Positions 39,028 to 52,268 of a stretch of DNA of 57,790 nucleotides are shown in pieces. Made by a program: the position numbers and the translations under genes. This DNA is from Tubiluchus corallicola (lineage: Eukaryota; Animalia; Priapulida): assembly GCA_030141605.1 (NCBI GenBank), contig JAQGDQ010000668.1, forward strand, positions 1-57,790. The letters run 5' to 3'. The number at the start of each line of letters is the position of its first letter. Position 1 is the first letter of the stretch. Below the pieces are notes generated by a model. It was not told the DNA's origin and did no database searches. It saw nothing but the letters and a program-made list of their open reading frames with translations.

Positions 39028-39466
39028 CAGGGGCGGAACTAGGGGGGAGCGGGGGGGGGGGGGCGCCCCCCTGTCAAAATTTGCGCCCCCCCTGCAAAAT
39101 CGGACAAATAATTTTTTTGCAGTGAATATTGCAGTTCGCAGGTAATCATTTTCAATATGAATTAGAATTAGGTAAAAAAATGTTTGGTAGCTTCAGTGTA
39201 TTATTTTCTTAAAACTTGTGTGTGATAAATTTCTGTAAATAACAATTTAGTTAGAGGCACATTAATAACGTTAGGTTAACTGAGAGTTAATTTTCTCATT
39301 ATTGCTCTGTCCGCTACGCCGTCCTACACGCGCTAATTATAGGCCTGCATGCAGTATAAAAGGGTTAAAAATTGGCTTAACCATTATTTAACCACTTCGG
39401 ATACCTCGCCCCCCCCCCAGAAAATTTTTGCGGCCTCCCTGCTTGCCACATCTAGTTCCGGCCCTG
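39028..39466. mobile_element. hAT-like MITE
   Basis: TIRs caggggcggaactag / ctagttccggccctg; flanks ttatatta / ttatatag. Confidence 0.75.
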
Positions 39467-39572
39467 TTATATAGGCCTAGGTGCTAAGGGCAGCCAATTT
39501 ATATTGTTAAATATATAGGCTCAGCTTCATAGAATCTCAGCATATACTAATGCATACCTTATACAAGTATAT

Positions 39573-39574
<2 letters not shown>

Positions 39575-39623
<49 letters not shown>

Positions 39624-40051
39624 TGTGTGTGTGTGTGTGTGCATGGGTGTATCAAGACGTTACGACGCCCTAGGCTGGCAGTTCAGTCCTACTCATCTCT
39701 GTTACTGTATTAATTATTTATATATAAAGCACCGTATGCAATTACTTGTGTGCGTGCGTGTTTGTGCGCATTATTTATATACAAACCTACATTATGTGTA
39801 TTATATAGATTAATTGCAAGGCACGTAAATGGGTGCAATTTTTAATGTGCCAAATCCGTCACCTCGCTTTGGAGTCAAATGACTAAGAAACTAATGACAG
39901 GGCCTTCAACAAAAGGAAAAGAAGGATCTCTCTCTCTCTCTCTCTTTGTCTCTCTTTCTCTCTCTTTCTCGCTCCCTCCCTCTCTATGTCCCTCTCTTTC
40001 TCTCTCCCTTCCTCTCTCCCTCTCTCTCTTTCTCTCCCTCTCTTTTTCTCT
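39575..40051. repeat. (GT)n at 39575-39641 and (CT)-rich tract at 39927-40051
   Basis: direct inspection. Confidence 0.9.
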
Positions 40052-40747
40052 GAGAGGAAGAACAGTAAAATTTTACTTACAAGAAAGCTGAAGAAGTATT
40101 TACAAGTGCTTACAACTATTTTTCGTTTTCATGAAATGTTTTTAGTTTTTTCAAACTAATAATTGCTTTTAATTGAGATATTCTTCTTCTATTAAAAACG
40201 CAAAAGTGATTTTGGCTTATCAAAATTGCGCGTATGCCAATTATTACAGTCAAACGGCGGCTCAAAAGTGTTTTAATCATCCGCCATTTGATGCCGCCAG
40301 CATAGCCGCTATTAGCAAAAACGAAATACGTAATAATTGGCGTTTCGTCACTTCTTATTCCTACACTTTGCTGATAATATAAAGTAATTTACATTTTTGC
40401 TTAGTTGGTGAATAATGTAGTACGAATGATCTAATTATTTTTTCAAACTTTATGCAATGTTATTTAAACTTGTTTCAAACGACTTACAGTTATAATGGCT
40501 GCATCTAGCGGTCATCGCAGGAGTTTAAATTTACAAGTTTTATACAACATTACTGTCGATGCCAGCTCTGTGTGCAATAAGACAGTAAGAAAGTGATATA
40601 AACTTATAAAATGAATTTTTTAATTTTTTTGGAAATAGAGCTTTTTCTTGTGTTTTAAGCTCTGTTCTAGCTCAAAACTGTCTACATTTAATTTACTAAC
40701 AATATTTCTTGGTTTTTGTATTTCCAGTAACTGAATTTGTTATTTAG

Positions 40748-40861
40748 GTGAAGATTCCTGTGCAGGAGTTGATTGCAAAAACGGAGGCAGCTGCGCAGAC
40801 GAGATAGACAGTTTCTCATGTGTTTGTCAAACTGATTTCAGAGGCAAATATTGTGAAATAG
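40748..40861 (+). CDS. EGF-like domain exon of an EGF/cbEGF/PAN extracellular protein (5' exons not found)
   Basis: 114-nt phase 1-1 exon: EDSCAGVDCKNGGSCADEIDSFSCVCQTDFRGKYCEI, six-Cys EGF spacing. Confidence 0.88.
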
Positions 40862-41133
40862 GTAAGAATAGCTGATCAACTGTTCTAATTGACCATGGCT
40901 TTATGCAGTAAAATTGTAAGTTTATTCATTCTTTTTCACAGCATTTCAGAAACAGAGAGCTAGAATAATAAGTTAGTAAATAATAAGAGAGCTAGAATAA
41001 GACAATTGCAGTTAATAACCATGTCCAAAAGACTAATGCCAATACATTTATGGTGCTGTTGTATTGATAAAAGACAATTCTCCGTCAACTTTGCTATCCA
41101 GTAGTAAAATAAAATCTCAAATGTGATTTTTAG

Positions 41134-41259
41134 ATATCAACGAGTGTTCAACTGGCTGCCATAATTGTGATCCAGTTTACGGTCTGTGTCATAACACACC
41201 TGGCAGTTTTACTTGCGAATGTGATGAGCAGTATTTTGGAGATGGCATTACATGTGAAC
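41134..41259 (+). CDS. calcium-binding EGF domain exon
   Basis: phase 1-1: DINECSTGCHNCDPVYGLCHNTPGSFTCECDEQYFGDGITCE; DINEC and NxxGSF consensus. Confidence 0.9.
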
Positions 41260-41548
41260 GTAAGTACTAGAAAATTTGAGTTGATAAGTAGTGTAAATGG
41301 GGAAGATTTCCTAGCTCAGCAATTTTTGACTTTGAAGGAAATGAAAGCTCTTCGTAAAGGAAGTTTCCATGTTATTAATAGTGTTTCTATTATCAGCTGC
41401 TAAGTTAAGCTAATTTGGAAAAAGGTAGAATTAGATGTTAACATGCTAGTTTAGTATTCATTTTTGCAACTGCTAAGGTTTATCTATGACATTCGACTCC
41501 ACTTTGCAAATCTGTACAGATTTATGTTAATCATGTTTTATTTTTCAG

Positions 41549-41781
41549 GTGTTTTAAAAGGTGAATTCCAGCTGATTTCACAGAGTGCTGGAGTAACACC
41601 AAGCACACCGTCTCCTGCAGTAGGACGGAATTCAAAATTAAGCTGTCAATTTAAATGTATGCAACAAAGTTCATGTCAAGCGTTTAGTTATAACACTGAA
41701 ACTAATGAGTGTGAAACCTTTGAGAGTGAAAATGCGACTTTGCTGCATGATAATTGGGTGTATTACAAGAAAAATGACTAA
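41549..41781 (+). CDS. terminal exon, PAN/Apple-like domain
   Basis: tttcag| phase 1; ...SKLSCQFKCMQQSSCQAFSYNTETNECETF...WVYYKKND-stop, C-x3-C-x5-C-x-aFsY-x6-C pattern. Confidence 0.8.
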
Positions 41782-41974
41782 GTAATGTTTAAGATTATTA
41801 AATAATGAAGGTGTTAATCAAGAGAGTAAAAACAAACCTAAATTGAATTGAGAACTGGCAATATGCAAGAGAAAGCGAATGAATGCATCTACATGTTTAG
41901 TGGTTTACTTTATTGTAACTTTTTGCTTTGCATTATCAGGCTTGTTGCAAAATGGTTTGCAATATAATATATAT

Positions 41975-41976
<2 letters not shown>

Positions 41977-42031
<55 letters not shown>

Positions 42032-42056
42032 CAGATAGATAGATATATACATATAG
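41977..42056. repeat. compound (CA)n/(TA)n/(GATA)n microsatellite
   Basis: direct inspection. Confidence 0.92.
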
Positions 42057-42706
42057 CGCGTGATATAGATACAGAAACAAATAGATAATCCACAAACCGT
42101 GAAAGGTAGGCTCATAATGTGTGGAATCTCTGAATATGCTTCAAACGTAAACAACGTCAATCTCATTTAAACTACTTACTGAACAGGGGAACTTAAAGAT
42201 TTTACATGCCGTTTAAAATACGTAGACAAGCGACACTAAAAGAGTGGTTTATTCCCTGAAATGTAAAAAAAACTAATTTTAAGAAAACGTGATCAAGTCT
42301 TTCAAGAAACTAAAATTTACTACAATTTAAACAGTCAGCAGTTTGAGTAACAACTGATGGTAAAAGTAATCAGTTATACCGTGAACGGTGTATTCTTAGT
42401 CAATTACGTTCAATTAATGCCATTATGAAAGAAATTTGACAAAAACTTGCAAAACTTGCAGTTTAACTGATGGTTATATATATGTATATATGACAATATA
42501 TATGCTAATAATAGTGCAGCATCTTTTACAGTGTTTTTGTGCTTGGCTTGTGTAAGCTATACTTATGCATTTCTACCTGAAAATATTTGTAGTTTAAAAC
42601 TGCATAACTATAAGTAATTTATGTTTTTCATACGATTGCAAGTAGTGCAATTACAGATTTGCATTGTTTTTTAACACGTCCCAAGGTGGCAGACAAAAAT
42701 TGCTAA

Positions 42707-42720
42707 GTCACCATAGCAAC
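42707..42720. promoter_or_regulatory. candidate RFX X-box
   Basis: GTCACCATAGCAAC fits GTHNYYATRRNAAC and lies in a locally GC-richer patch. Confidence 0.35.
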
Positions 42721-45637
42721 GCCCTCCTTTAGTAATTCCCAATGTGAGAAGCTACAGTAGGACCATGGACGTAGCAGCTGCGTGTCACAAACACCACGAC
42801 AACCAATTGTTCCAGCTAAGCTGTGGCTTGCTGCTGCGTGAAATTTTACACATTTGTTTTTAAAATATCATTAGCGCCCAGAACGTTATGATCTGCATTT
42901 GCATAAATAACATAATTATTCCGGTTGAATATTTCATTAGCTATATGAAGATGTTGGCTGTTTTTGTTTAAGTAGGCAAATAATTTAACTACTTGAGAAA
43001 AAACCGCCTCTACCCCATAAAAACGCTTCACTAATTTTACTAATACAATAATACAGCATAAAACACTTAATATATGTACTGAAAACATACAAAACCTAAA
43101 AATGATCTTGACACAAAAATGTGATCATTACAAAGACTAAAAATCCCTCTTAACAGATCCATTGGCTGTTTTTACCTGCAAAAAAGAACATTGTGTAATA
43201 AGTGAAATTTCTCAATGACCAGCAAGTAAATCCGGCACAACAATGAAACTTCTAATTGCACTGTTTGAAATCGCATGTATAGCAAAAACGTTACATTGTC
43301 GGAGTATACAATGTTTGTGAAGTATTTCATTTAAAGGAATATGTTTATTTTACTCAAAGTGTAACCGAGCAAACACTTGACAGAATTTGTAAAGAGAAAA
43401 TATTTGTAAAATGTGTACATTTGTTGCGCTTGACTAAACTGTACTTGAGTCATAGATGTAATATGGCTTGATTTGTTGCTTTATTTTGTTAAAAGCTCTT
43501 GTTCTATTTAAATCAGTTTTAATAAATGTATTTTTAAACGAAGTTAGAAGTTTGTCAGCTCTACAAACTGTAACACATTAGTAAAGTAATGCCTTAATTT
43601 ACGTATTATAGCTGGACAAGAATATTGCCTAATACATAATGAGCATGTAGATGTGCAATAGAGGACGTTGAGGAAAGCTAATTGAAAGCATTACCTTGTC
43701 AATGTTGCAGGGTTTATATGTATTTGTGAAATGATTTAGTCATATTTAATTTTCGTTCGACAGTGTAAAACAAATTCTTTCTTTGCAGATATTACTTATT
43801 TAATAAAGTACTTTAGTTCTTCAGTGATTTGCAGGCATTTACAACTGCATCACGTGACGAGATTAGCTGCCCAGAATATTGACTTTCAGTGCAAACGAAT
43901 GACTGTAAACCCCAAAAACAACAAACTTGAAAGGTAATTAATGTATAATAAACAAAGTATGTTGAACGTCATAGTAATATTTTACTTGTATTATATAATT
44001 TGTTTATTTTGCACTTAGTTAGTACAACACAATCATTTCATGTATACTTGACGAAGGGAACAGTAGAGTATGCTGATAAGCTAGTGGATATAATAAGCTA
44101 GTGGATTTTATTTAAGCAATAAATGAGTCAATAAATCGAAAAAATGTTACTAGTAACATATTAAACTTGAATGTGAAAAACAACAGCATGGTTGCAAAGG
44201 TAACGTGACTTTCTGACCGCACAACTTGAGACCTGAATGTGTGGATGTTGGTCGGATGTGGGAAATACAAGGCAGAAGATTAGACTCATAACAAGTAAAA
44301 AACTCAGACAAAAGAGGACAGCAGTAGATTACAAGGTGAGTACGATTCCAAATTACAGGAATTATAAAGATAGTAACGTCGATTACAAAAAAATAAGAAA
44401 TCGGAGGAAATTGAGAAAAACATAAACTTCATTGAGTTACATTTTGTATATTAAATTTCATTATAGTTTTATGTGCTATAATATAACGACAATAAATTGC
44501 TTATTCACTTTGCAACTGATTAGGGATGACAAGGGAAAAACGATGGACAGCAGGAAAATAAGGAAACTGAAAGCCAATTGAGTTTCTGAGGTTTTTGTTC
44601 TAACAAGCTGACCACATTTGTACAAAAATGTTGCAGTTTTGTTAAAAATATCAGGTTATTAGATTATTATTATTATATTGCCTAGGAGGAAGTGGCTAAA
44701 ATGGGATCAGGATGTAATCAAATTTTTAAAAAGAGGGTGCGAGATCTCAAAATGTCAGAGAATAAATTGAGGAACATTGAAGCTTGTATAGAATTAGACA
44801 AGAGAATTTCCTGGCGAACAGCAATTAAAATTCTTTACTGGTATAAGGCCGCATTTCCACTGTGCCCACGCAGACACGGAATTTCCTGTGGAACATTTTA
44901 TTGTTTCCATTGATACCGCACTCATTCCTTACAACACGTCATAAATGCGACAAAATTTTATTAACATAATTGTTCTTCACTCAAACTTAGTTCCTCTTTA
45001 TAATAGTTTTTATCCATTCTTTTTGGTTTCTTCTGCACAGTGAGGACATTCATTTTCTGACATTCCATAGTAACTGCAATAGCAAAAGTATATTTAAATG
45101 CAAGAAGTCCAAATTATAATAACATTCACTAAAACATGAGTCTAACAATACACAAGCAATACGTTTTTACTGAGCAAAAACCAAATGCATTCAGATGTAG
45201 TACTATTTCTCACATTTTGAAATGCAAAAGAAATACTGGTGAGTGTCTTCTCTTTCCTTTTGCAAACATGTTCATAATCTTGATGGGCATGTATTTGAAA
45301 AGTGTATAAAGGACTTATAAGGTCTAGTGAACTAAAATTGACAGCAGGCACTGTTATTAACCTTAAAATTTTTAAAACTTAAAAACTATTCGTCGTACAA
45401 AAAACACTTTAACTGCGGCCAGTAAAAAGCTGTAATGCTGTATGTAAGCAATTTTTGAATATTGAAATCTTGAGTTTAGAAATTTTAAAACAGAATTATT
45501 TGCCCTGAAAATGTACAGTTCATTTGAACTGGGATGGCAACCCCCCCGAAACGCTTCCGGATCACCTTAGTGACACAACTGTTATTGATGAAAACCAAGA
45601 TTTTTAACTGAAAAATCTAACTGAGAAGTCGGTTTAG

Positions 45638-45775
45638 TTTAGGAATGGAACACGATGGCATAAACAACGATTGTGAAGACACCGGAAATAGCGTCATGTC
45701 ACCTCTAGTCCAGGCCACGTTTAGAGATTTCTACTGGTCAAAATGCGGTAACGAAGAGCTCAATGAATTTTTGCA
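45638..45775 (+). CDS. ADAMTS2/3/14-like metalloprotease exon (third zinc His and Met-turn); isolated
   Basis: LGMEHDGINNDCEDTGNSVMSPLVQATFRDFYWSKCGNEELNEFL|gtaagt resembles procollagen N-proteinase LGMEHDG...SVMAPLVQAAF..WS.C; acceptor lacks a good pyrimidine tract. Confidence 0.85.
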
Positions 45776-46069
45776 GTAAGTGATGGGTTGTGCAAGTAAT
45801 AAATCTACAAAATTTGTGTAATAATGATTTCATTTTTACATTTCATTTGATTTGTCAATACACAATACACAATAAAAATATTACTTTTATTCAGTGGCCA
45901 TTATGTCAAGATTATTTTGCTTTCATTTTTAACAATATTGTAGAAAGGAATTTCGCCATAACAATAAAGTCTACGACGTTTTAAAAGCCAAAGAAACGAA
46001 AGTAACTGTATGTATAATTTCATGCTTCTGATCTTATTTATAATGCTATGACCGTTATTCTATCTGCAG

Positions 46070-46202
46070 AACTTTTAGTTGTTCGAACGACAGCCCGTTT
46101 CAGCAAAAATGGCCACGGATTCCAGAATTCGCGGGAACAAAATACACCATGGATGATCAATGTGGATTCGAATTCGGTGCTGAGTTTACAGTATGTCATG
46201 CG
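46070..46202 (+). CDS. ADAMTS2/3/14-like exon (end of protease domain into disintegrin-like domain); isolated
   Basis: ctgcag|TFSCSNDSPFQQKWPRIPEFAGTKYTMDDQCGFEFGAEFTVCHA|gtacgt, cf. DDPF...WP.LP..PG..YSM.EQC.F.FG; in phase with previous exon. Confidence 0.85.
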
Positions 46203-46926
46203 GTACGTTAAATTTTACTTGCCACTTATGAAAACCTATTACAAACTCATCTTTTAGTGGTTGAAACCATGTTTAGTAGAAAGACTTAAGTACAGGGGTG
46301 TCGTGCACCAAAACAAATTATGGGGGGCCCGCCTGTATATAATGGCCGAACTTAACTGTTTAAAAAACGTGCAATTTTGAATTCTCTCACCAGTATTTTG
46401 CGTGCAAGAAAAACGATTTATTTACTCCCAACTGGCATTTAACTTAAAGCTATAGCTACAGAAATTTAATTAAAATTAAAAATTACTTGACTGTTGATAA
46501 TGACTAAATTTTTCCTAAGTGTAAGGAGTCACACCACAATTTAATCAGAGAGAATCGGCTTTCTAATCCAGCTAACACTGCAAGTGTTTATATAGGAAAG
46601 GGGGACGCAATATCATTGGTCCAGTGCAAGGGGCCAATGGCCAATTACCTAGCGGCATAGCCACGAGAGCAGAGGATAATCAATGCAACAATTAGACATT
46701 AGATTATACATGTCATAAATGTCAATAATCATACCTATGTGTATGTATAATCGCATATCATGCTACAGTGGGAGATTTCACCGTTCCTCTACTTGTTACA
46801 GTTTAATAGTTGAACTACAACATGGGAGTCTTCATACACAGTAGATATGGTTCATCTAAGCTAAAACCTATGCATTCTTACTGTATTTTTCCATTAAGTG
46901 GGCTCATAAATGTTGGTGACAAAATC

Positions 46927-48011
<1,085 letters not shown>

Positions 48012-48241
48012 AACGTTAATATTTACAATGTTTTTCAGAGAACAACAACATTATACAAAGGTTGAAAAATTCACAATAGCAAATTTCATTTAGCATCAGT
48101 GAAAAAAGATATGAAGATATGATAATGACTGAACTGAAATTAGAGGATGATTTAACAATGCAGACAGAGACAATGTAGACAATGTAAACTGATCATCAAC
48201 AATGTACCTAAATTCATGATTGCTAGTGATGTGTTTCCATC

Positions 48242-48768
48242 TATCCTAACCTGACCACATTGTTTCACATTTTTCTGATCTTACTAATAATTAGCACAGT
48301 TGTTGAATGATCCTCTTGTCCACTGAAGCAGATAAAGTCCTACCTTCATTCTTCAATGGGCGAGGATAGATTGTCTGGGTTAGCTTTGCCCTCTATTGAA
48401 AGAGAGTTTGCTAATGAGGTTGAATTATAAATTACTTTGCTACAATGAAGCCTAGATGAAAGAGACTGTTGTAGTTCTTTCATGATACATTTTTCACATC
48501 ACTATTTTGTTTTCATTTTACGTTCTAAATAATAGCACACCTTTTTATTGTATTGCGAGATTTAAGAGCTTACTGTAAAACTTTTTATTGTGTTTTAATT
48601 TTAAATACAAAATAGCAACTATATACTTCCTTTAAAATTGTACCTTTGTCATATTTTGCTTTTAAACACAAAATTGTATAATCAAAACGTTTAAAATTGT
48701 TTGGTATGTGTCATGGCGTCTTCCCTGTGTGCTTGCTCCCCCTAACTTTAAACCTGGCTGCGCCCTTG
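48242..48768 (+). mobile_element. degenerate hAT transposase C-terminus (dimerisation domain) and right end
   Basis: YPNLTTLFHIFLILLIISTVVE*SSCPLKQIKSYLHSSMGEDRLSGLALPSIERE with stops (cf. FPNL...ERSFS.LK.IK.YLRSTM...RLS.LAL..IE); terminus ctggctgcgcccttg. Confidence 0.78.
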
Positions 48769-49716
48769 TCTGCATTCATCAGTTTGTCTAAGACCACATT
48801 GCAAGAAATGACGGCATCTAACACAAATGGGAAAAAATACAAAAATACTCAGTTGATATGGTTTGTTCCATGTATTTTATATGTTCTTATTTAGTTAGTT
48901 AGTTAAAGATTTAGTTCATTTACGTTTTCACGTTTCAGGCATGATAACTATCATTTCTGTTACAACATTTTACATTAAACAACTCTATGCCTAATGTCTT
49001 TGTGATAACATCAAAAATTTACTGTTTTGCGTATTTACAAATCTATTTAATAAAAGTTAATGGAGATGAATTACACTGTGTTAACTGTACAGTACAAATT
49101 TATTTTCTGAACCTGAGACCATAACATTGATTACCTGAGCTCCAAATGCCATAGTTTTTGCCTTTGACAAAATTGCTTGAACATTGCATTCTTTTTAGCT
49201 TGGCACTTTTTAATAAGCCTTTTTACAGTTGCTGTAGGTCAAAGGTTAAGTGTACTACAGCAACGCGTCTTAACTACAACCGTCACGTGACGTACAAAGC
49301 AAATCCGTCTGCGGATCAGTTCAGTAACTTCAGTTGTTTTACGTGGGCTTTACTTAATTATGCATTAGTCTGTGGGTAGAGTGATTTACTAGCAGGATCT
49401 TGCTTGGGAACAAGAAAATATAAACTAGGTAAGGTTCTAGCTTGCTGGTAAAACTGTTACTATTACAGTAGCATGAGCTGTGAGGCATTGTCAAGTGTAC
49501 ACAAATCAGTTGTCTGGTACATTTAACCTTTGACCTTTTCACGATCATCATCAATCGCTGGAACTTATTGCATGTCTACTGTGAATGGATGTGTGCCGAT
49601 AGATAGAGTCTGTGTTCGATAAGTAAAATAATGTAGATTCGGTTGTCATTCTTGGTTGACAGCCCTTTCTGTCTGAACTTGTATCAGCCGCTGCTTCGTC
49701 TGTATGAATTATATGC

Positions 49717-49774
49717 CTATGTGAATACAGACCAATCAAGATCTTCAATCGACGAGCAACTCACTTTTAGATTT
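49717..49774 (-). CDS. haem peroxidase last coding exon
   Basis: tttcag|NLKVSCSSIEDLDWSVFT-stop, similar to the N..v.C..l...dl..w peroxidase C-terminus; phase compatible. Confidence 0.8.
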
Positions 49775-49954
49775 CTGAAACACAAAACGGGAATTTTCGC
49801 ATTTCATTATAATCTTTGCTTTTTTAAAAAAGAATGGCTACTGGATTTGCATAAATAAGCACATGCCAAAATTGTGTGTGCATTTATGATAATGATTTTT
49901 CTGGTAATTATTCAGATTTTGCTCAGAATAGAACATCCCAATTCATCTACTTCA

Positions 49955-50184
49955 TTTTTATTTATTTTTTTTTATTCACACCCAATAGTAAAATACAGTC
50001 TGTATATAAAATTATAATAAAATGTTATAATAAAAACAGTCTGTGCCAAACACGTTAGCAAAAAACATACAAATAAAATATTTACAAGAGTTTGGTAAAG
50101 ACACAAAGAGATTAACTGCTTACATGTGTCTATTGTGCACAAGGAATTTGTGCATGTTAACTTTATATAAGCGGCTTTTGAATA
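49955..50184 (-). mobile_element. LINE-like 3' tail fragment, copy 1
   Basis: reverse complement of 51956-52158; AATAAA-rich tail on minus strand. Confidence 0.65.
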
Positions 50185-50577
50185 ACTTAATATTTTGTGC
50201 AGTTATGAGAGGTGCACCGTCAACATATGCAGGTAGTGAGTCCCAAATCGGTACGACTCGCTTTGAGAAAATTGACCAAATGATACTTTAGCAGCTCGCC
50301 GTACGAAAAGGTTCAGAGAATGATGTTGCCTTGTTCTATTTCAAGATAAACGGGTAAAAGATTTGCCAATTTCTCAAGTCTGTTGATAGCAGCAGACGAA
50401 CTCCGTGAACCGACTCACGTTGCTTGATTTGTTTTTTAGAATTCAACAGAATTTTCCTGTCGTAATAAACTCCTCTTTTTGTCTTACTTGTGATGAACAA
50501 CTTTGTCCAAGTACAAGTATAAGTGCATATTACTGTAGTAAATAAAGCTATCATTGTTGAGATAAACTTGAGCTTAC

Positions 50578-50680
50578 CTGTTGCTAGTCTGTTCCATGAC
50601 TTTTCTCTGTATTAGTGAAATCTGCGTGTTTTCACAAATGACTTTGGCTAACGTGGTCTTTCGTATTTCGTCAGCTTGTG
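50578..50680 (-). CDS. haem peroxidase exon
   Basis: tttcag|(A)QADEIRKTTLAKVICENTQISLIQRKVMEQTSN|gtaagc; phase 1-2. Confidence 0.9.
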
Positions 50681-51114
50681 CTGAAAAAACAAGAATAAAC
50701 GTTGTTAATGCTGCATTATTGTTATGCATAATATATAATGTACGTGCCAATTGATTATATACAATTTTTTTCTCTGTAATTTTTTTCTTATTACAACTTA
50801 CCTTAAAACGATATACATGTCTTTATGTTGTTTCCATTTTAACACGGAAATATTTTTTAATCACAAAAATACAGATTTTTGGCTTTGTTTAATTAGCGAT
50901 CAAGGTACTGTAAAATCGAAAAATACATTTATTTACCTTTTGAGCTTTTCTTTCTCCCTTTAATTAAAAATATAATTAAAAAAACGCAATTAAAAGGCAA
51001 AAATATCGCTACACAGAAATAAGGACCTGGGCACGTAATAATTAAGGGCAGGTATATAAGAGAGAAATATGCTCTGCTGGATTAGTGATTGAAGTTTCAA
51101 AATGAAGAACATAC

Positions 51115-51284
51115 CGGCACTGAAACTGTTAGTCCATCCAGAATTTTCAAACCAGAACCGATCACCCACTTTCAAGCGTCGAAACTGCTTTCCGATCAAG
51201 CAGGCGAACGTCGGACCAACCAGTCCCTTTCGAACCGGAGCTTCTGACAACCCTCCAGCAAACACATCCACGTCACAAACATCT
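51115..51284 (-). CDS. haem peroxidase exon
   Basis: ttttag|DVCDVDVFAGGLSEAPVRKGLVGPTFACLIGKQFRRLKVGDRFWFEN...FSA|gtatgt. Confidence 0.92.
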
Positions 51285-51955
51285 CTAAAACATAAACACT
51301 GAAACATTTACAATACGTATGTCTTTAATTTACTCCATTTCTGATATAAATTCAATTTTATTTAGGAGAGGCAAGCAGGGCGCTATAGCCTCGGGCGCCA
51401 AAGTTTGAGGAACGAAAATGTGTTTACTATTCATGTAAAGGGTGCATTTTATAACACACCACAGGCAGTTCATAAGCGCAGCTCTTATATAAGTACCACG
51501 TAACGAATAATTGCAAGGTACTTAGACGTGCTTATTCAAGCAGATGCCCAACCTGCTTGAATATAAGCGCTGTGCAAATATATGTAATTAATAATGTCCA
51601 CGTAGAAACTAGGCTACTAGTGTCTCTAATACACCACAAGTAATTGTTTATTCTCATTACATAAGTACCATAAATTCATAATAGAGATGGGTAGGACAGC
51701 ACCATCAGCTTAAGGCGTCGTAAAGTCTTGATAGGCCCGTAGAGACACGTTTTATTTATAAATGAATTTATCCAATCATTGAGGAAAAGCAAGATGGCTG
51801 CAGCCGATCTCATATATACATTAATAAGCTAATTTCTTGCATTTTGGTGAAATTTTTGAACGCAGAAAAATTAACAGAACTAAAAGCATGCGTAAATATA
51901 TGACCATCTTGTCCTTGTAATAGTAATGGTGCAACCCTCGTAACTGCACGAAATA

Positions 51956-52158
51956 TTAAAAACCGCTTATATAAAGTTAACTTGCATTAATTCCTTGTTC
52001 ACAATAGATACATGTAAGCAGTTAATCACTTTGTGTCTTTACCACACTCTTGTAAATATTGTAGTTGTATGTTTTTTGCCAAAGTGTTTTATATTATATT
52101 GTTTTTATTGTAGACTGTATCTTACTATTGGGTATGAATAAAATAAAATAAATAAATA
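51956..52158 (+). mobile_element. LINE-like 3' tail fragment, copy 2
   Basis: ends gaataaaataaaataaataaata; inverted relative to 49955-50184. Confidence 0.65.
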
Positions 52159-52268
52159 TTTGACATATGAGCATATACATACACCAGTAGAATTAATGTA
52201 TTATGCGATAACTGTTTCAAAAATTACAGTATTATTGGTTTATTAAGAGTATTGTTAGATTGTGAATA

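Noticed and set aside
37977-40748. NUDT9-EGF fusion gene
   Set aside because: Phase 0 donor against phase 1 acceptor; the nearby alternative acceptor at ~40727 gives stops in all phases.
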